DNA of 64,000 bases, from contig CM060733.1 in the NCBI GenBank assembly GCA_030704615.1, positions 39,742,001-39,806,000 of the forward strand, read 5' to 3'. The translations under genes and the position numbers were made by a program. Positions 1 to 11,317 of this stretch are shown here, piece by piece. The DNA comes from Takakia lepidozioides. Lineage: Eukaryota; Plantae; Bryophyta. Every line of letters begins with the position of its first letter. The stretch's first letter is position 1. The notes beneath the pieces are model-generated. The model did no database searches. It was not told the origin of the DNA and saw nothing but the letters and a program-made list of their open reading frames with translations.

Positions 1-1077
1 TGGTGCCGCATTTCCGGTCTGGAGAGTATGAAGGTCTCAAACGGACGGAAATGCGGTGCAGCATTTCCGTCCCTCCGCTCCATGCCTCAGATACAAAACG
101 GAAATGCGGCGCCGCATTTCCGTTCGAGTATGTCGGAAGTTGCGACTCGGACGGAAATGCGGTGCCGCATTTCAGTTCCCGTTGTTCATAATTCTCAATC
201 AGAACGGAAATGCGGTACCGCATTTCCGTTCTGGAGAGTATGAAGGTCTTAACCGGTCGGAAATGCGGTGCAGCATTTCCGTCCCTCGGCTCCATGCCTC
301 AGATACAAAACGGAAATGCGGCGCCGCATTTCCGTTCTGGAATGTCGGAAGGTGCGACTCGGACGGAAATACGGTGCCGCATTTCAGTTCCGATGGTTCA
401 CGATTTTAAGTCAGAACGGAAATGCAGTACCGCATTTCCGTTCTGCAAAGTATGAAGGTCTCAAATGGACGGAAATGCGGTACAACATTTCCGTCCCTCC
501 GCTCCATGCCTCAGATACAAAATGGAAATGCGGCGCCGCATTTCCATTCTGGAATGTCGGAAGGTGGCATTCGGACGGAAATGCGGTGCCGCATTTCAAT
601 TCCGATGGTTCACGATTTTCAGTCAGAATGGAAATGTGGTACCGCATTCCCGATCTGGAGAGTATGAAGGTCTCAAACGGACAGAAATGCGGTGCAGCAT
701 TTCCGTCCCTCCGCTCCATGCGTCAGATACAAATCGGAAATGCGGCGCCGCATTTCCGTTCTGGTATGTCGGAAGGTGCGACTCGGACGGAAATGCGGTG
801 CCGCATTTCAGTTCCCGTTGTTCATAATTCTCAATGAGAACGGAAATGCGGTACCGAATTTCCGTTCCACCTTCACACACCGTACTTGTTGGATGGAAAT
901 GCGGCACCGCATTTCCGTTCTGGAGAGTATAAAGGTTTCCCCCGGACGGAAACTCGGTGCCGCATTTCCATCGCACTGGTGCATGACTAAGATGCAAAAT
1001 GGAAATGCGGCGCCGTATTTCCGTCCAACAGCAATCGAAAGTATCACTCCGGACGGAAATGTGGAACCTCATTTCTG
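1..1077. repeat. Tandem array of a 24-bp palindrome (CGGAAATGCGGYRCCGCATTTCCG) plus about 29-bp spacer; 53-bp monomer, 212-bp (4-monomer) higher-order repeat; truncated by window start
   Basis: Palindrome starts at 46, 99, 152, 205, 258, 311 ... 894, 947, 1000, 1054. Spacers recur every fourth unit (e.g. gagagtatgaaggtct near 22, 234, 659). Confidence 0.95.
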
Positions 1078-1454
1078 CATGCGGAACCTCAATGGGTTGC
1101 ATTGTTCCGAAACAACACAATTGCGGCCTGTCTTAATGAGCACAACTTGGTTGTCTGACCGTTTTAACTAACAGTCCTGGCACTTGTCGGTGCGAACGTT
1201 CATGTCTGCACCGAGAATACTGCTGGATCCACCCTCAGGAGATGTTATTTCGTCGCCGAATTGGCCATCATTGTCATACTTACTGGATATGGAATCACAC
1301 CTCCCACCTTCATGCATGTAGCTTGAAACAATACTTTCCACTCCTAAACCCTTCCAATCGTCGATGGACTCCGCAGATCCACTTACATGGTGCCTGTGAG
1401 CCTTGGTCTGTCGCTATACTGAACCAGGCACTTGCCAACTTCGTGCGGTCTTCG

Positions 1455-4400
1455 ATGGCTCCAAATTCCTACGCTATAGTTTGCTGTCCTCTGCAACTTG
1501 GGAGAGCCTGGATCCCAAACAAGTTAGGACTTTGCAGAGTGACTGCAACTTACATTTGTTCCAAATTCAAGCTCAAACCGGGCACAGTTTATTTGGAAGA
1601 AGAAAGGAAGGATGTTCCTGGACAGGTTGACGAGACCATTGTCGTGCTAGGTAACGACGGAGGTTGCGGAATCGAATGGCACGTACCCCCATCAGACACC
1701 ATCTTGTATCGAGTTGTGGGAATGCCCATTCCCTTTTCTGAATCAGTCGCTGCCCACACCATCCACAAAGGAGTCGGGAAACCGACTGGCGGCCACTGCC
1801 AACAGAGAGGTATGCAACGATAATCATTCCCAACCTGGACTGTCAAGACCCTCCATAGCTTCTCGTGTGGATGTATGCAACATTTCTGACGAGGAAGATG
1901 AGTGCATTGAGGTCCCCATGTCGTCCACACGGTCGTTCAAATCCGACATGGACGTCTCTGCAGGTGCTACGCATGTACCCTCGAGCATAACTCCAACCCG
2001 GTCCATTGTGCAGCTCCTACGACAACATCACCTCGATGGTTCTCGCTCCAAGCTGGCTGCTCTCGACTATGCCAAATTTCCAGTCAGGAAGGTAACGTAT
2101 CTGCCACCCGAAGTCGATGGCAATGTCATCTTCGAGTTTCCACCTGTTACTTTGTCAAACAAAGCCTCAGGGATGTTAACAGACATGGATCAAAAGCATG
2201 ACGGACACCCCTGGTATGTGACGAAGACCAGTAGCACGAAAATTGCTGATGGTGTTCGTGTACGATACGTCCTCTGTGCGGGGAAGCTAAGGTGCCTCAA
2301 TCCCGCCTGCTTCCACTTTCTCTCCAAAGGAGGGCGGAGAAACGAGACGGATTGGACTGGCACAACCCATCATCCATTCATTGTCTCCACCCAAGCTCCT
2401 ACGGGTATTTTCAAGTGTGCACATTGCAAAGAACCACCGACGTGCATGTCCATGTGCAGAGCCAAGCAATATTACGTAATCCATTTGCTCCCGGACTTGA
2501 CTAGAGCTTGCATACACGTTGGGGTCCACTGCCATCCCTTGGCGAGAGGCAACATGCGTGAGGCTGTGCAGGAAACACACGACATCATAAAAGAGGAGGT
2601 GAAATTGAGCCCCGGAGCCAGACCAAAGCAGATTCAGCTGAAGGCAGCCCACAAGATTGCTCTTGGCAAAATCATGTCTGAAGATGGTTCAGACCGAGTG
2701 CCCTTGAACGAAGAGGAGATGCTTGACCTGTTGCAGTCCGTCTCGGGCAGTTGTTCTGTTGGAACTCGCAAAGAGGCTTGATTGGTTACTAGGAGCAGTG
2801 ACAGAAGAGGGGATGTACGTCTCAATTTTTGTAGTCCGAATGTGCGGAATCACATCGTATCTTGCAAGCAGGAGTTCGGCCGGGGGTCGGACATGCACTC
2901 AATCCTGGAGGTGAAACGAATGACCGGATATGACTACATCCAAGGTAGCAGGTTTCCAGGGCAAGGCAGCGAATCCGATCGTTGTTACATTTTTAAAATG
3001 TCGACGTGTGGGCCTGGGAGTGGAGTCGACTTGGTCACTCGCATGACAACTGGAAACTTGTCGAATGCTTGGGTGATGTTTGATCACATCAAGCGAATTA
3101 CAAACCATCAGTGGGTGACTATGGGTTCGCATGTTTATGACTATCACTCCAAGAGGCTCATGACGATTGTAATCTGCGAGATGAAAGGGGAGGACACACA
3201 GTCAGAGATGCATCTGTGGGAGGGCATAAACGAGCAGATGGCAAGGGCGGGATTGCCATAGCCCAATTTCAGGGGATTCATGGCAGACAACGCTCAGGCC
3301 AACTGGGCAGCGGTGCAACATGTGTACGGTGAGGACCCCAATGTTCCAATGGAGGGGAAAGAGAGATCTTGTGGATTCCATTGGATGCAGAGTCTATCTC
3401 ACTACACTACCAAATTTGTTGCTAGCTCATTCCAGGCTGAACACCGTGTCCTTTGTATGGCGTGGAAGGATGCACCCACATTTGATGACGCGGAGGTTAA
3501 GTTTGCTATCATCGAGGCTTGGTGGAACACGTCAGGTGCAGTGGAGACAACCAATCTGGGAGCCTTGCACAGCTGGTTGGGGTGGTGGCATTTCCGGTAT
3601 CGACAGTTCGGACAGTACATGCCAGAGGTATGATGTTGTCATTTTCGTGCAATTGTCTTTCTATTACGGACCTTTCCATTGGTCCCTCACCATTGTTTGT
3701 GTCATTGTAGGAGTGGTGCTTGGATTCTGACACGGACATGCCGAACACAAATATGGCAGAATCAGTCCACTCCTCCTGGCGAGCGTCTTCTGCCGCACAT
3801 CTGGTGGACGTAGTGACGGCCACAACGGAGGACATCGACCGAGCAATCATGCAGCAAGCCACGTACTACAAGTTCCTGAGCGGAAAACAATGGGGCTTTG
3901 GACCGGACAGGGAGGAATTGTTAGTACGAACAGCTTCGAGGTCGAAGAATCCACTGAAATGGGCGACAACATTGCGAGAGAAGATCAAAGGGAAGCCTCT
4001 GCACAGCAAGATGAACACCTAGAGGGGGACGTCCGTACTCACCTTGTGAGGCGGAGGATTGAAGAGGAACCCGGGTGCGAAGAGGATTCCTGGAGATCCG
4101 ACAGGAACATTCGGACAGCACCTCGAGGTCCCGTCATGTTGCCGCACAATGTGTCTTCCAGCAGTGGAAGCCCAAGAAATTCCAGATCGCCATCGCCTTC
4201 AAGCGGGGATTCCATGTGAGAAATTCCCACCGCTCGCTTGCCCCAGATTCCGCCCGCTGTTATGCAGTATGGCCAAGCCATTGTGGAGACGACTGTGTCT
4301 GTGTCACAGTGGAGAATTGCTCGTACAAAGCCGTCGTTTCGAGGCAGGTGTTCCGCAATTCGAGTGGATACACGACAACGTTGTTTAGAGATGATAAGGA

Positions 4401-5140
4401 GGAATCCAGATGGGGCTGTCCCTGCTCCTACTTTTACAGGAAGATTTGTCCATGCAAAGTTTGCGGAGGCGACAACCACCCAGTTCTGGTTCTGCAGGCA
4501 CGACATTATGACTTGCATGTATGGAAAGCCCAAGTACGGCATACAAACAATGCCAGAGGCTCCCCCGGTGTGGCCGGTGGAACCAGGCTGCGATCTGAGT
4601 CAGGTCGAGGCCGACGCCCTTACCGCCGCAGGATTTCGGATGGTGCAGCATACTGACGTCCCCAGACAACCATTTCCGCTTCCACAGCCTCCACCACCGA
4701 CCCCTATGAGAGCAAGAACAATGGGACACGACAGCTCTAAGCATCCTACACACCGTTGGGGGAAACCGAAGAGGTGGCGACCTCCCTCAAAAGTGAACGA
4801 GACAAAGATGGGGAATGCACTTCGGATGAACTGTACAATCCAGAGCTCGACAGAAGTGCCCCCACCAGGCTTCGGGCGTGTGTATCAGATGGCCACGACA
4901 GACTCAGCTGTTCGCAATGAGGTGTACACCATCACCATTTCAGAATTACCCACCTGCAATTGCACCGACTTCCAGATCATGGCGAACAAGGGGGCATCAT
5001 ACTGCCCTTGCAAGCATCTGTACTACGTGTACCTAAAGAGACTCCGGTGTAATTCCACAACTCATCACTTCATACATGCACCAGGGTTGAGCCCCTAAGA
5101 GGTGCACACTCTTCTGAATATGGATCCAGGGGACCAGTGA
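1455..5140 (+). pseudogene. Decayed MULE transposase: GCM-like Zn domain (about 2095-2540), DDE core, C-terminal SWIM finger
   Basis: Motifs WVMFDH, FMADNAQANWAAV, CGFHW, NMAESVH and SWIM CNCTDF..CPCKH. Phase-0 intron 3628-3710. In-frame stops at 2779, 3259, 4217 and 5096; frameshifts near 1800 and 4010. Start codon uncertain. Confidence 0.85.
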
Positions 5141-5393
5141 GCTTGGCTTGCGGTCCCAACACAATGGTACGCCCATCCTTTTCGGATAGTAGAACTGTAC
5201 TGCTGCAAGTAGCTCTGACTCTGGCCACAGAAAGGTCCAACTTATGTCTTGCCTACCAGTAACCTGTTTTGCTCGAACTAAGATAATACTATGTCATTCA
5301 CTTGTGTTTCCACGTGCATGTATTTTTGTGTGTTGGAGGGTTCCTGTTTTTCTGCTCTCCCAAACTTTGCTTTCCTCATTCGACCCCCGGCAA

Positions 5394-5970
5394 GGAAATG
5401 CGGCGCCACATTTCCAAGTAACGTCGTAGGTACTGGTAGATGCGGCCTTCGCCAACACCAAACCGCCCAGAAATTTCGCACGTGCGAACCCTAATGCGGC
5501 ACCGCATTTCCCAGTTGAGTCGCAAACCTTTCCCGCCGAATACCCGAAGATGACAGAATTGTGAAGTACTGCAGACTCTATTGGTGCGGACTCTATTGGT
5601 TCAATCGCGGCAAAAGGGTCAGCTTCATTCCAATGTTAAGGCATGTAAAACCGCGGAATACTCTATACAGGCCAGTATGCGACGTCATTTTGCCGTGATA
5701 TACTGGATTTCTCGTTGCACGGTCACTCATTTCCATGAGCGGATCTAAAAAACCATGATCGGACTTGTTACTGACGACATATCTTCGCCGCATTACAGGA
5801 TCTGGAACTTCCAGAAACGGCAAGGTCAAATAAAAAACTATTATTTTAATACTTGTTTAATCTGCCGCATTTCCAAATTTGGAGGAGTCCGCTCATGAAA
5901 TCCGCGTGTCTTAGACTTCGGCTCACCGCTCATGCGGCTCATGCGGCTCATGGCTCATGGCTCATGGTTT
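5394..5970. repeat. Right subterminal copies of the palindrome plus GCTCATG(CG) micro-repeat
   Basis: ggaaatgcggcgccacatttcc 5394-5415, aatgcggcaccgcatttcc 5493-5511, gccgcatttcc near 5864, gctcatgcggctcatgcggctcatggctcatgg about 5928-5967. Confidence 0.75.
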
Positions 5971-6654
5971 CTGCTCATGAAATAGTAAACCTCCAACCAC
6001 AAGGGAAAGAGTTTCAAAATTGAACGCTTGAAACAACCAGACCACAAAATGGTGTTTGCGAAATGTCCAATGGCGTTAGAGGGGTGTCTTGGGGCCATGC
6101 ATCATAAGGGAAGATTAGAATAGCCATGAAGACTATGCAGTGCTCCAGAGACTACTGCAATCAGCATGGTTTCAAAAAGTGTACATCAAGAATTGAACAC
6201 AGAGTGAACTTGATATTCAAGAGAGGTTTCAAAACAAGACCAGAAAGAACATCAGCGACAACCTTAGGAAAACCGAAAATACTGGAATGCAAACCCAATG
6301 ACACTGAATTGCGATGTTGAAGCTAAGCCTGATTCTGGAGGGGGCTCCTACACCTTTCATCATAAAACCCTGAAAAGAAAAGAAGTAGGAAGAGGAGAGT
6401 AGATAATAGACACCCACAATGATCTTGCAAGAAGCTTCACCAGGATCCTAGTCAGGTGGAATGCTAAGATATCCATCTGTAATGGAAACCATGACCACCC
6501 TTTTTGGCAGAAAACGAACATTTAATCAGTTTGGAACCCACAATCTATTCCATCCCCATTAATCCCTATTCTCAAATTGTTCTTATGTGGACTCTCATTA
6601 AATATCAGAGAGTAGTGATGAAGTACTGAAAACAATCATGAGTCAAAAAATTAC

Positions 6655-7583
6655 CTATGTTTGAAACTGCAACTCACCACCAGGGCTGCGCTCCTCTTTT
6701 AAGTGTTTGACAGCCACTAGTGACCCATCAGCCAATCCTTGTGTTTTCTTCCTAGCAACGTGTCGCCGTACTGAAACTAGACGAGGATGTGCAATCTCAT
6801 TCTAGACTCATTTTAAGAGAAATAACAGATAAACCAGCCTAGAAGTTGGTCAACAGATCTTCTGGAAAATTTCTGATACTTCACAGACCTCGGAAACAGA
6901 ATTCGAGCAGTGTACATAGACACGAATTTAAATTTACAAGAATCCATTTAGATTGCACTTGCAGTGTTGTTCTTGCACAAATGCAGTATTTTATATATAC
7001 CAGGAACATCTACGAAGGCCTCCACAGGCCCGACGACGTCGCCACCAGGCAAAGCCAATAGTTGGAACTGCAAACAGCAAAGCCCCCCCCCCCTATTGCT
7101 TCTATACTTGATGATTGCGAATTTCGTGCTGCATGAGCACATAATCTTGATTAAGGCGATTCGACACAAAGTGCTCGGCCAAAGTACTAGAGGACTAACC
7201 CAGGTCAATTGTCCTATCAACGTTCTCTGTACCCAAGGCACCCTGGGCAACATATAGCTAGAATACAGGCTGGTGAGGATGCTTGTTAACTAAATTACAA
7301 CTAAGGCTTACTCCCAACATGGCTTTAAAGACACTGAAAGAAAAGCATAATCAGCAGTAACCCTAAGCTTCCATTAAAACTTAAAGCTCTAGGAGGGAGA
7401 ACACTAGAGGGCAAGACCAGTGCCTGAACCTAGGAATTTGAGGATGAGAGGCATTTACGTGGGTCACTGGATTGGCCATAGGGAGAAGGAGGTGGCTCGT
7501 ATGGAGGAGGGGGAGGTAATGGGGGTTGTCTTGGACACTGCATACCAACCACTGTTCCACACAAATCTTGATTCCCCTGGAAA
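6655..7583 (-). pseudogene. SERK/BAK1-like LRR receptor kinase fragments (SPP exon, transmembrane exon, part of kinase exon)
   Basis: FQGNQDLCGTVVGMQCPRQPPLPPPPP (7459-7583, AG/GT bounded); LLFAVPTIGFAWWRRRR..DVP (about 7001-7105, frameshifted); [26 protein letters not shown] followed by a stop (about 6655-6735). Confidence 0.85.
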
Positions 7584-8355
7584 CTGGACACATGAAACCG
7601 TACAAATTCAAAACTTTTAAATATGAGCAAATCAAACAGGAAGTCAACTCAATCCTCACCAAAAAGAAAATTCTGCGCGGACGTGACAAACCATGGTAAA
7701 ATGGGACATACAAACCTAAAGTTCCATCTAAAAATACTCGTGGCTACCAGAGTAAAACTCTTCGTTGTCCATCGGTCGCTAGCCATGTCTACCAACCACT
7801 GACACATAGGTTTAGGACTGGCAGAACCTGCTTCCTGGTTGAATGTGTTATCCCCTCTTGTTCTGCATAAAACTGGGGATATATTTAGGAGAAATCACAT
7901 GACAATCCAATGTTTGATCTATGGAAATACCAACTTTCAATCATATCCTCCCACCATCTATAGTCTTTATATTCTCAGACGCTGGCATAAGCTGCCACAA
8001 CAAAATAAAAGGATCCTAGGGCGATGCAAAACAAAAAAGAAACAACTTACATCAACAAGGAAGAAAAGAGAAGAGACAGAAACACTCACAGTGAGTTTTC
8101 ATGCGGGTGGAGCTGCGGTGGCGTTGGTGAGGAAAAGGCGAGGGGAGAGAGCGATGGCAGTTGCGTGCGTGCCGCGTACATATGGTGAACCAATAGGGGA
8201 TAAAACAAAAGCACGAACCTGAACCCACATGCCTGCGCCTTACGAACATAACCCTTACTACTATAATATACTCACATCTTGAAATACAACCCTAAAATAT
8301 GTATATATTTAGATACGTAAAAATAACTTTCAAGTATGTATTAGGTATTCATTTG

Positions 8356-8468
8356 AGGAAGGTATTATCTGGAGAAGGTATAATTGGAGTTAGGAAAGGT
8401 GTTATTTAGAGGAGGTGTAATTGGAGTTGAGGAAGGTGTTATCTGGGGAAGGTGTAACAGGGAGTTGA
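8356..8468. repeat. Minisatellite, about 37-bp unit x3
   Basis: gaggaaggt(a/g)ttatctgg..gaaggtgtaattggagtt repeated three times. Confidence 0.7.
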
Positions 8469-8625
8469 CATTTTTTGACACAGATGGGTAGTCTCCTCTT
8501 TAGGGAGGAGCCAATAAAGGGTTTTATCTACAAAATAATATATCCATCCTTGTGAAGTTTCTCATATTTCATCCAACTCTAATCCATCATGATGAAATCT
8601 TCTCAAAACTTCATTCATTCATAAG

Positions 8626-8862
8626 ATGAATAAGCCTGCTCTACCCAAATCTGGGGGTCCTTCGATCATTATGTTTTTGAATTGGTTCTCTAAAGGTAGA
8701 GGTCACCTGAAGTTCAAATATGATTCCAGTGATACACAGTTGATTGATGTTGAGACCATAATCTCAACAGTGACTATAACATTTGAACCATCTCATAACT
8801 TGTACTCTTTAGATCCAAGTGATGTTGCGGCTTTGAATGAGTTCGTGGCTAATGAAAATTAA
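8626..8862 (+). mobile_element. Probable C-terminal fragment of a DNA-transposon protein
   Basis: Isolated 78-aa globular-looking ORF (LNWFSKGRGHLKFKYD..IDVETIISTV) in a TE-rich context; family not identified. Confidence 0.3.
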
Positions 8863-9249
8863 ACTTTTCCTTGGGTCCAACATTTGACTTATGTATGGAA
8901 TGTTGTTTGTGTACATGCTTTGAAATATTATAATTATTTTAAAATACAATTTAAAATAGGGTATATTAATTGTTGCAAAAAAAAATTATAAAGAATTTTT
9001 TTTTACCTAAAGATAGGGTGGAAAAAAAATGCATTTTTTTAAAAATATAGCCTAGCATAAATATACCTTTGTACGCACGTGATATGGAAAAAATACATAT
9101 AGCGATCCCTCCGTGAGCAGTAGGAGAGGAGGCCGTAGCTAAAAAGGCAGTGGATGCCTGGTCCTCCGATGATCCAAACAACAAGGGAGGTCATTAGAGC
9201 TGCAAGCGTCATTAAGCAGCAAAGGAAGCACGAATTTCACACCTTACAT

Positions 9250-9641
9250 GATATGGTCCCAACCAGCCCGAATGGTACTGGAAGAAACTATGGCGGATAG
9301 AGTGTTATAGAGGGAGAGGTATGGCATACAAGTTCCGAGATGAGGGATGGGAAATTCATTCAAGCTTATCGAATGTCATTTGCAAGTTTCATGTTCTTGG
9401 TAACGGAGTTTGAACCATGGATCAAGTCACGTGCGCACATGTTTGTAAGGCAATCATTGGAGGTTTGCAAGATTGTTGGGCTTGTCTTGTATCGATTGCC
9501 CATGGCACAAGTACTGCAAACCAAATGGCTGAAAGGTTTGGTGTTGGAGCATCAACAATCAGAAAATATGTTGATCTTGTTGTCAATGTACTTCTTCATG
9601 AACACAAACTATTTGCAAAGTATATCTCCATACCTCATTGA
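9250..9641 (+). mobile_element. PIF/Harbinger transposase (HARBI1-like) N-terminal remnant, frameshifted
   Basis: FIQAYRMSFASFMFLV..LVLYRL / AHGTSTANQMAERFGVGASTIRKYV, typical of the Harbinger HTH region. Confidence 0.8.
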
Positions 9642-9648
9642 ATTCCGA

Positions 9649-10010
9649 CATTGTGACAAAGTTTGACACCTATTTTTCAAATTTCCATACAAATGGTTAA
9701 CATAGATGTTGGTCAAAATGGCCAGCCCTATGCCAGCTGCTCCCATTTCAGCACATTTATTTTGTATTTTTTTCAACTAGAGAGTGTTTATTATCAAACT
9801 AGCTACCCATACCAACTGCCCTCATTAAATACCTACATCGTGACAAAGTTTGACACTTATTTTTCAAATTTCCATACAAGTGGTAAGCATAGAGGTTTGA
9901 CAAAATGACCAGCCCCATGCCAGCTGCTCCCATTTCAGTACATAAATTTATTTTGTAATTCTTTCAACTAGAGAGTGTTTATTATCAAGCTAGCTACCCA
10001 TACCAACTGC
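9649..10010. repeat. Imperfect direct repeat, about 187 bp x2
   Basis: gtgacaaagtttgacac...caactagagagtgttt..ctagctacccataccaactgc occurs at about 9650-9820 and 9837-10010. Confidence 0.8.
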
Positions 10011-11317
10011 ATTTGCAAAATGAGTTTGGCAAATTCTCATCACCCATCTTGGACACTTCCTCCTAATTGCAACCTCACACTTGTATGTAATAAGCACCCT
10101 AAAAAATTGAACCAAGCTTCTCATCTCTTTTAGTACAGTGAAAACCATTTCTAGCCAAATAACCCTAAAATGCAACCATAGTAAATAATCGATGGTGCAG
10201 TAAAAATTAATTAATTTACGAAGGTTTCAGTGAAAATATGCCCGATAGTTACCATAAGCATTGCCGTGGGGGCGCATTCTGCCCAAGCGGCTCGCCTGCC
10301 CTTGCGAGGCCCCACGTCCGTGGCCCCCGCCCAATCTACCTCCCAAGTGGCCCGCGGCAGCCTGGGCGGCTCTTTTGAGGCCCATTTCTACTCATGTGCC
10401 CGGCACTTCTGGCACCCAACTATCTCTTCCATATACACTCATAGCTTTCTTTTTCTTCCCGCTTCCCTTCTCCCTCCCTCCATGCTCCTCGCTTCCTATT
10501 CCTCTTTTTTTTTCTCGTCTTACGAATGTTGCCTTCCCTGACACAAAGGATGACAAAGGAGGAAGACGGTGATTCAGTGTCTAGTCATGTGGAGTTGAAA
10601 AGAGGGTCCTTGCAATATTTCCTACTTGTTCACACATACAGCCTAAGACTATTACAGCGGAAGAGAAAGCAATCCTAGGCTATGATTCATTTGTTGTTCT
10701 TTTCATGTTTGTCACTTTGGCTTCCTTCGCTCTCTATCTACATGCACTCTTGATATTCACATGCGGTGCCGCTACGCTAGTTTAGAGCTTTTCCTAAAAT
10801 ACCCCATCTCATCCCCAAATCCTCGGCTAATTAAGGACGGTTGGGTGTCATCCCCCTTTTCCCCCTTAGTCTAAAAAGCACATCCTCAAAAATTAAAGCA
10901 CCGGTCATGCACCCACTGGTTGACTGGCACTTGTACTGCTGGATGAAACTGCCACCTATTTTTTCATCCATCCTCACACCACTTGACCATTTCATCCATA
11001 ATTATTTAAGTGCTTATACTAAAAACCTACCCACATCAGAAATCGTGAAAATCCAACTGTTGATACCGAGTTTCGTCCCCCTGATTTGCTGTTCATCCGT
11101 TAGTGCATTCTTCATCCATCCATCCATGTTCTAGATTAAGCTTCATCGTTACCCTAAATCAAACATGGTTACGCGTTTTAACCCCACACTAGCACTGCGC
11201 ATTAAAACTTCCATCCACAATGGATGACATGGGTTTCATGACCTAATTGCCATAACTACCCTAGCGAGAGAGTTGTAGGCGTGGAGATGTTTGCAAGCTT
11301 GCAATAAGGAAGGAATC

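Larger units (their letters stand above)
1..5985 (+). mobile_element. Mutator-like (MULE) DNA transposon with subterminal palindrome arrays; left end outside the window, right end approximate
   Basis: MULE DDE plus SWIM transposase flanked on both sides by the same GGAAATGCGG..CCGCATTTCC motif (1-1077 and 5394-5874). Confidence 0.8.

Noticed and set aside
1-1077. CRISPR array
   Set aside because: Spacers recur every four units, there are no cas genes, the context is eukaryotic and the motif reappears at the other end of a MULE.
3-1171. Many overlapping ORFs (RKCGAAFP / GNAVPHF / EMRCRIS repeats)
   Set aside because: These are translation artefacts of the palindromic array in all frames.
2779-5098. 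Stop-codon read-through or U-to-C editing of the transposase
   Set aside because: Frameshifts are also present, and U-to-C editing is known from organelles. Mutational decay is simpler.
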